Shown here: in pieces, positions 30,314 through 34,737 of the stretch
How the letters are laid out: every line of letters starts with the position of its first letter
Position numbering within the stretch: the stretch's first letter is position 1
From: Candidatus Campbellbacteria bacterium CG22_combo_CG10-13_8_21_14_all_36_13
GTDB taxonomy: Bacteria > Patescibacteriota > Minisyncoccia > Phycocordibacterales > PCTT01
Length of the DNA: 34,737 bases
Assembly: GCA_002771585.1 (NCBI GenBank)
Contig: PCTT01000044.1
Span: 1-34,737, forward strand
Direction of reading: 5' to 3'
The notes under the pieces: generated by a model
The model's database searches: none
Told to the model about the DNA's origin: nothing
The model's input: only the letters and a program-made list of their open reading frames with translations
Translations under genes and position numbers: made by a program

Positions 30314-30583
30314 TAGTCCCGTTAGAGATAGGAAGCGTTTAATCCTGTTTTTTATATATTTCTTACCCATCCCCGATTTAAGATACAATTCTCTGGCCTT
30401 TGCATCCTGAAGATTACAACACGCTTCGTAATAAACAAGATTGAATGGACCACGTCCTTTTGTGTATCTAGATTTACCAGAATTATGTTCTTCCAAACGC
30501 TTCCGTAAATCAGAAGACACTCATGTATACATCTTCCCATCTTTAATACTAATTAGTATATATGTATAGTAAAACTTCTTCAT
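30305..30583 (-). pseudogene. Stand-alone GIY-YIG nuclease (UPF0213-like) with an in-frame TGA at 30521-30523
   Basis: MKKFYYTYILISIKDGKMYT*VSSDLRKRLEEHNSG.SRYTK.RGP..LVYYE......A..RE.YLKSG.G...IK.R..RFLSLTG. Confidence 0.82.
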
Positions 30584-30596
30584 ATCTTTAACGGGA
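30317..30596. mobile_element. Element C: 280-bp element with the same termini, almost entirely filled by a GIY-YIG nuclease gene
   Basis: TCCCGTTAGAGATAGGAAG versus the reverse complement of the other end, TCCCGTTAAAGATATGAAG (17/19). Confidence 0.75.
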
Positions 30597-30677
30597 CATT
30601 ATCTAATTTTATCAGTAAAACGGCTTTGTATAAAGCTTTTTTTAATTATTTATTAGCGACGTAGGGCAGTTATAAAT

Positions 30678-30941
30678 CCCCGCCTACGCCAAGGCTTCGA
30701 CATGCAGGCCTGCCTGCCCTGCCTACCTGTATGCAAAAGTCAAAACCCAAAGCACGAAGCACGACCCCAGTACCATAAACTACGATTCGCTTCGTTTAGC
30801 TACGTGGCAAGAATCCGAAACAAATTCAAAACCTGCCTACCGCAGGCAGGCACGAAATTCAAATAATTAAACACGTTTTGAATTTTGAATATTTGAATTT
30901 AGATATTATTTCGGATTTCGATATTCGGATTTCGGATTTCG
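30678..30941. repeat. Cluster of nested short palindromic and heptamer repeats
   Basis: CCGCCTACGCCAAGGCTTCG, CCTGCCTGCCCTGCCTACC, palindrome CCTGCCTACCGCAGGCAGG (30832-30850), and AATCCGAAAC...TTTCGGATTTCGATATTCGGATTTCGGATTT. Confidence 0.7.
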
Positions 30942-31002
30942 TATCCTTGATCATTTAGATATTGTTTGAAAATTATAAATTGAAAATTGAAAATTCTTTT
31001 CA

Positions 31003-31974
31003 TCACCTATCACCTCCATTATGAATTTCGTCTATATACCACTCTACTTGTCTCTTGATTGCCTCTTTAAATGAGGTTTTGGGTTTGTATCCCAAGACCC
31101 TTTCTGCTTTATCAAAATTTGCTCGAGTATATTCCTGGTCACCCTGTCTTGGTTGTAAATGTTTTATTCTTGCAGGCTTGCCTATTATTTCCGAAACGAT
31201 TTGTATAGCTTGTCCTGTGGTTGTCACCTCACCTCCTCCTATATTAAATATTTCACCAACACTCTTGTCCGGATTAAAAAGGGCCAATACAATCCCATCA
31301 ACGATATCGCCAACATAAGTATAAGAACGAATATGCTCATCACTACCTTTGAATAATGGAAATTCTTCTTCTTCTAAAACACTCTTTATGAGCTTGGTGA
31401 AAAGCTTCTCTGGTCTCTCTCTTGGACCAATCACAGAGTAAGGCCTAAGAATTGATGCAGGAAAATTATGTGTCTTTTGATATTTGCGAATAAGATTTTC
31501 TGTCTCGAGCTTTGTATGTCCGTAGTCGGATATAGGGTTTGGCTCTGTCTCCTCATCTCCGTGTGCGTTTATACCATATACAGATGATGTGGATGTATAT
31601 ATAAAACATTGAAGAGTTTTGCTGTCTTTTAGAGCTTCCAAAAGCTTTTCTGTTGCAACGACATTATTGCGAAAAAATATATCCTTGTGGACCAAGTCTG
31701 AAAGACCTGGTTGCGCTGCACAATGCACGACATGCGTTACCCCATTTACAACTTCAGACAAATCATCTGTTACTAAATCAATCTCAAAAAACTTAACGCC
31801 AACGCGCTTAATATCATACACATTCTTTTCTTTTAGATCACGACTGTAATAATCAGAAAAATTATCAATACCAATTACTTCATGACCGTCTTTGGCAAGT
31901 CGCTCTGATATGTGTGAGCCGATAAATCCGGCTGATCCAGTCACTAGTATTTTTTTCTTATTCACTTCGTTCAT
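31003..31974 (-). CDS. NAD-dependent epimerase (UDP-glucuronate 4-epimerase-like)
   Basis: VTGSAGFIGSH, GIDNFSDYY, HCAAQPG, STSSVYG, YGHTK and GPRERP. Confidence 0.87.
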   Translation of the reverse strand: MNEVNKKKILVTGSAGFIGSHISERLAKDGHEVIGIDNFSDYYSRDLKEKNVYDIKRVGVKFFEIDLVTDDLSEVVNGVTHVVHCAAQPGLSDLVHKDIFFRNNVVATEKLLEALKDSKTLQCFIYTSTSSVYGINAHGDEETEPNPISDYGHTKLETENLIRKYQKTHNFPASILRPYSVIGPRERPEKLFTKLIKSVLEEEEFPLFKGSDEHIRSYTYVGDIVDGIVLALFNPDKSVGEIFNIGGGEVTTTGQAIQIVSEIIGKPARIKHLQPRQGDQEYTRANFDKAERVLGYKPKTSFKEAIKRQVEWYIDEIHNGGDR

Positions 31975-31977
31975 AAA

Positions 31978-32085
31978 TAATTTTAAATTTTGAATTTTGA
32001 ATTTCGAATCAATTTTAAATGTAATAATTTAAAATTCGGTCATTATGTCATTCATTCGAAATTCATAATTCATAATTCATAATTC
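31978..32085. repeat. Gene-less heptamer inverted-repeat spacer
   Basis: AATTTTAAATTTTGAATTTTGAATTTCGAAT ... ATTCGAAATTCATAATTCATAATTCATAATT. Confidence 0.75.
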
Positions 32086-32086
32086 G

Positions 32087-33244
32087 CTATTTAATTAGCG
32101 TGTTAAACATCTTCTGTGACAGAGGACCCCAATCATATTTTTCTAATACGAGTGTCCTGGCGTTTTTTTGAATTAAAGCACTGAGAGTGTCATCGTCTAG
32201 TATTTCACCTATTGCACGTGCTATGTCTTTGGGGTCTTTTTTATTACAAAATAATCCTGTTGCGCCGTCTTTCAAAAAATCAGGAATACCACCCACTGGG
32301 GTCGCCACCACCGGCACACCAGCAGCCATTGCTTCAAGGAATGATATACCTTGCCCCTCAGACAGAGATGGTCTGCAAAAAACATCTGCAATACTCAAAT
32401 AGTTTGGTATTTCTTCTTGCCCAACACCGCCAACGAAAATTATCCTTTCTCCTAACTCTAAGCTCTTAACTCTTAGCTCAAGCGCTCCGCGTTCACTTCC
32501 GTCGCCAACTATCACAAGTTTTGTGTTTTCGGGGAGATGCCTCATCGCATCAACCAAATCACCCACACCATTTTTCTCTACAAGGCGTGATGTTGTGATC
32601 ACCACCTTATCATCCTCGACTATTCCCAATTTGCCACGAAGCTCGTGGTCTTTTCCTTTGTTGAAACGCGCGCTATCAACTCCGTTTGGTATAAGGGTTG
32701 TTGGTGCATTATTTGTATTTCTTTGTCCACGCAATATTAGATAGTTGCTTATTGCTGTTATGTGATCAGCCGAATTAAAAACCTTCATATATAAAGGACG
32801 TATTAAAAGCTTGTACAAAAACTCATTTCCAAAGACATATCTCTTTAAGTGGCTTTCCTCATCTCCTTCCTGAAGCGTAAGTACGAGACGAATCTCTGGG
32901 TTGGCTTTTTTAAATCGCGCGGCAGCAATGCTGGCTTGAGATGCCATCATGCACCAGATTGCGTCATAGTGGCGCGAACTCTGCAGAGTTCGCGCCTTCC
33001 CAAACCCTGTAAAAGGAATCATCCATTTATCAAAAAAACTACCAAATCCCACTCTATAAACATTCACATTACCAATCCTCTCAAATGCCTTATTTCTTAT
33101 AGAATACCTTGGCACCACCATATCAAACTCGGCCTTATCGGCACCAATTCTGTCTGTAATCTCTTTTATTGCCACCTCAGCCCCACCTATATAAGGAAAA
33201 TAGTTTGTTGAAAATATAAGTATTTTTTTATTCACTGCGCTCAT
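32087..33244 (-). CDS. Glycosyltransferase family 4
   Basis: YFPYIGGAE, IPNGVD, SRLVEKNG and SLSEGQGISFLEAMAAGVPVVATPVGGIPD. Confidence 0.92.
   Translation of the reverse strand: MSAVNKKILIFSTNYFPYIGGAEVAIKEITDRIGADKAEFDMVVPRYSIRNKAFERIGNVNVYRVGFGSFFDKWMIPFTGFGKARTLQSSRHYDAIWCMMASQASIAAARFKKANPEIRLVLTLQEGDEESHLKRYVFGNEFLYKLLIRPLYMKVFNSADHITAISNYLILRGQRNTNNAPTTLIPNGVDSARFNKGKDHELRGKLGIVEDDKVVITTSRLVEKNGVGDLVDAMRHLPENTKLVIVGDGSERGALELRVKSLELGERIIFVGGVGQEEIPNYLSIADVFCRPSLSEGQGISFLEAMAAGVPVVATPVGGIPDFLKDGATGLFCNKKDPKDIARAIGEILDDDTLSALIQKNARTLVLEKYDWGPLSQKMFNTLIK
32971..32996. repeat. Perfect 26-bp palindrome inside the GT4 coding sequence
   Basis: GGCGCGAACTCTG|CAGAGTTCGCGCC. Confidence 0.9.
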
Positions 33245-33398
33245 AAAAATAATTTTGAATTTAAAGTTTTGAATTTCGAATCAATTTTGAATGTAATAAT
33301 TTTCAAACGTCGTTTTAAGATTTAGATATTTGTTCGCCGGCTGGCGAATTTGATATTGTTTAGGATTTCGTGCTTAGTGCTTTAAATAAATTATGATC

Positions 33399-33473
33399 TC
33401 ACCATTTCACTGGGCAAGCCCCGCCTATATAAGGAAAGTAGTTTGTTGAAAATATAAGTATTTTTTTGCTCAT
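33399..33473 (-). pseudogene. Duplicated 5' fragment of the downstream GT4 (MSKKILIFSTNYFPYIGGACPVKW*)
   Basis: 33417-33467 matches 33179-33229 at 49/51 nt. Both differences are synonymous. Confidence 0.82.
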
Positions 33474-33588
33474 CCCGTTAGAGATAGGACGCGGACTGAA
33501 TTAGCCTATATCCTATCTTGATTAAGTTGCTTATAAATTCGACCAATTATTTAATAATACTAATTCGTGTCCGCTATCTCTAACGGGA
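33473..33588. mobile_element. Element D: 116-bp MITE-like hairpin with TCCCGTTAGAGATAG/CTATCTCTAACGGGA ends
   Basis: Perfect 15-bp terminal inverted repeat, flanked by a CTCA duplication (33469-72, 33589-92). Ends on the ATG of the GT4 fragment. Confidence 0.78.
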
Positions 33589-33690
33589 CTCATAACACTG
33601 TGTATTATACACTATTGACTTTATACATGATGTTGTTAATATATACAAATAAGTGCCTTCGGGCTCGCCCTCTTTTAGAGGGAGAAATAT

Positions 33691-33727
33691 CAAAAATCCA
33701 TTAGAGAAATTCTTTGATGGATTTTTG
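33691..33727. terminator. Stem-loop, probable intrinsic (possibly bidirectional) terminator
   Basis: CAAAAATCCATTAGAG-AAATT-CTTTGATGGATTTTTG, ~30 bp past the stop codon of GT2 33760-34473. Confidence 0.6.
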
Positions 33728-33759
33728 TATTGTAAAAAAATCCTTGCCCATAAAATTTA

Positions 33760-34473
33760 TTATTTTGAATTAATGTGAAATCCTATTATATGCCACAGTG
33801 CAGCAAAGCCGTCTCTCATCTTTATCTTTTTTCCCTCCTCAAAGGTTCTTGCTTTATAAGATACAGGTATCTCAATAATTTTCCAATCACCTTTAGAAAC
33901 ATGGTGTGTAATCTCTGGCTCTATTCCAAACCTATCCGCACCAAGCTTGTGAACAAATGAATCCAACACATCTCTTCTAATCACCTTATAACAAGTCTCC
34001 ATATCAGTTAGCCTGAGTCCTGTAAAAATATTCGATACAAACGTAATCATTTTATTGTTAATAATATGTAAAGGATAATGCGAATCAAATCTATTCATAT
34101 CCAAAAAACGAGACCCATACACCACATCAGCGTCACCCAAAAGTATTGGCTCTAGCAAAGATTCATAGTCATTTAGATCGTACTCCAAATCAGCGTCCTG
34201 TATGATCACTAGATCACCAGTTACATGACCAAAGCCAGTCCTAAGCGCCGAACCCTTACCTTGATTTTTATCTTTTAAAATAATCTTATATTTATTCGAA
34301 TCAAGCGACTCGATATACTCACGCGTCCCATCTGTAGAATAGTCATCTACTATCACAATCTCTTTCTCTAGTGGAAGAGTAAGATTTTCCAACTGTTCCA
34401 AGACAAGAGGAAGGAGTTTCTTCTCATTATATACAGGTATTACTATTGAAAGGGTTTTAAATTTTGAATCCAT
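33760..34473 (-). CDS. GT2 polyprenol-phosphate glycosyltransferase (DPM/DPG-like)
   Basis: SIVIPVYNE, VDDYSTDGT, NQGKGSALRTG, IQDADLEYD, TDMETCYK, FGIEPEIT and EGKKI. Confidence 0.92.
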   Translation of the reverse strand: MDSKFKTLSIVIPVYNEKKLLPLVLEQLENLTLPLEKEIVIVDDYSTDGTREYIESLDSNKYKIILKDKNQGKGSALRTGFGHVTGDLVIIQDADLEYDLNDYESLLEPILLGDADVVYGSRFLDMNRFDSHYPLHIINNKMITFVSNIFTGLRLTDMETCYKVIRRDVLDSFVHKLGADRFGIEPEITHHVSKGDWKIIEIPVSYKARTFEEGKKIKMRDGFAALWHIIGFHINSK

Positions 34474-34737
34474 ACTTTAAAAAAATTTTCTTATACTCTG
34501 CCACGTCATTTCTAAGTGCCACAAAGCTCGTGCTATCAAAATACACAACGCTCCACCCGGGCTCCACAGCGATCATCTGTATGAAATTTTGCCCCCATGG
34601 CGTCTGATCAGTGGTACCAAATATAACATATTGTATGTCATATCGCTTCACCATTTCTCTCCACACATCAGGACTTTCTTGCATAGGTTTATACACCTTT
34701 TCAAAAAACTCCGCTGGATATGCTTCTGGTCTATTAT
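34457..34737 (-). CDS. C-terminal part of a gene running off the window (hypothetical, likely the tail of a membrane glycosylation-associated protein)
   Basis: Frame open to the window edge (NRPEAYPAEFFEKVYKPMQE...YDIQYVIF...W.VVYFD). Overlaps the GT2 start. Confidence 0.6.
   Translation of the reverse strand, partial: NRPEAYPAEFFEKVYKPMQESPDVWREMVKRYDIQYVIFGTTDQTPWGQNFIQMIAVEPGWSVVYFDSTSFVALRNDVAEYKKIFLKYGFKI

Noticed and set aside
27694..33467. Diversity-generating retroelement (Avd-like helical bundle plus a 51-bp repeat pair differing at A positions)
   Set aside because: No reverse transcriptase. There are only two differences, both synonymous transitions, and the repeat is at a 5' end rather than a C-terminal variable region.
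28059..33588. Integron attC sites or cassette array (GTTAGA / TCTAAC cores)
   Set aside because: Within each hairpin the order is GTT...AAC, opposite to attC (RYYYAAC...GTTRRRY). The elements sit at gene starts with target duplications, and there is no integrase in the window.
28059..33588. Invertible promoter switches between the inverted repeats
   Set aside because: No recombinase nearby and no clear promoter seen inside A, B or D. Target duplications favour insertion. Not fully excluded without read data.
225..33960. Short opposite-strand or alternate-frame ORFs in the track (e.g. 1009-1437, 10523-10837, 32849-33211, 30352-30540, 28008-28220)
   Set aside because: They are shadows of well-supported genes, with no recognisable motifs.
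1..34737. Genome-wide genetic code 25 (UGA=Gly)
   Set aside because: Over 30 long ORFs are open under code 11, and TGA ends genes at natural positions, including ATGA overlaps (7085-7088, 10519-10522, 15231-15234, 24758-24761). Only two internal TGAs were seen.

Overview
AT-rich bacterial cell-surface glycan locus of about 36 genes. It encodes a Wzm/Wzt ABC exporter, GT2/GT4/GT11 and GT-C-like glycosyltransferases, GtrA, methyltransferases, an AsnB-type amidotransferase, NDP-sugar epimerases/dehydratases, an RmlD-like reductase, nucleotidyltransferases, a HAD phosphatase, a GDPD and WavE. Gene packing and repeat style suggest Patescibacteria/CPR (inference, not tested). The standard genetic code is used. 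The most unusual content lies between the glycan genes. (1) Four elements share TCCCGTTAGA...TCTAACGGGA terminal inverted repeats. One carries a small GIY-YIG nuclease gene. The other three are 109-121 bp hairpins with a conserved 4-nt bulge, each ending exactly on an ATG, and two have 4-bp target duplications. (2) Low-complexity heptamer inverted repeats flank a GxxExxY gene and a four-helix-bundle gene, and also occur empty and inside coding sequences. (3) A NYN RNase gene has a predicted convergent antisense small RNA. (4) Two genes are broken by an in-frame TGA at a conserved Gly. (5) A glycosyltransferase 5' end is duplicated. No rRNA, tRNA, CRISPR array, integrase or reverse transcriptase was seen.
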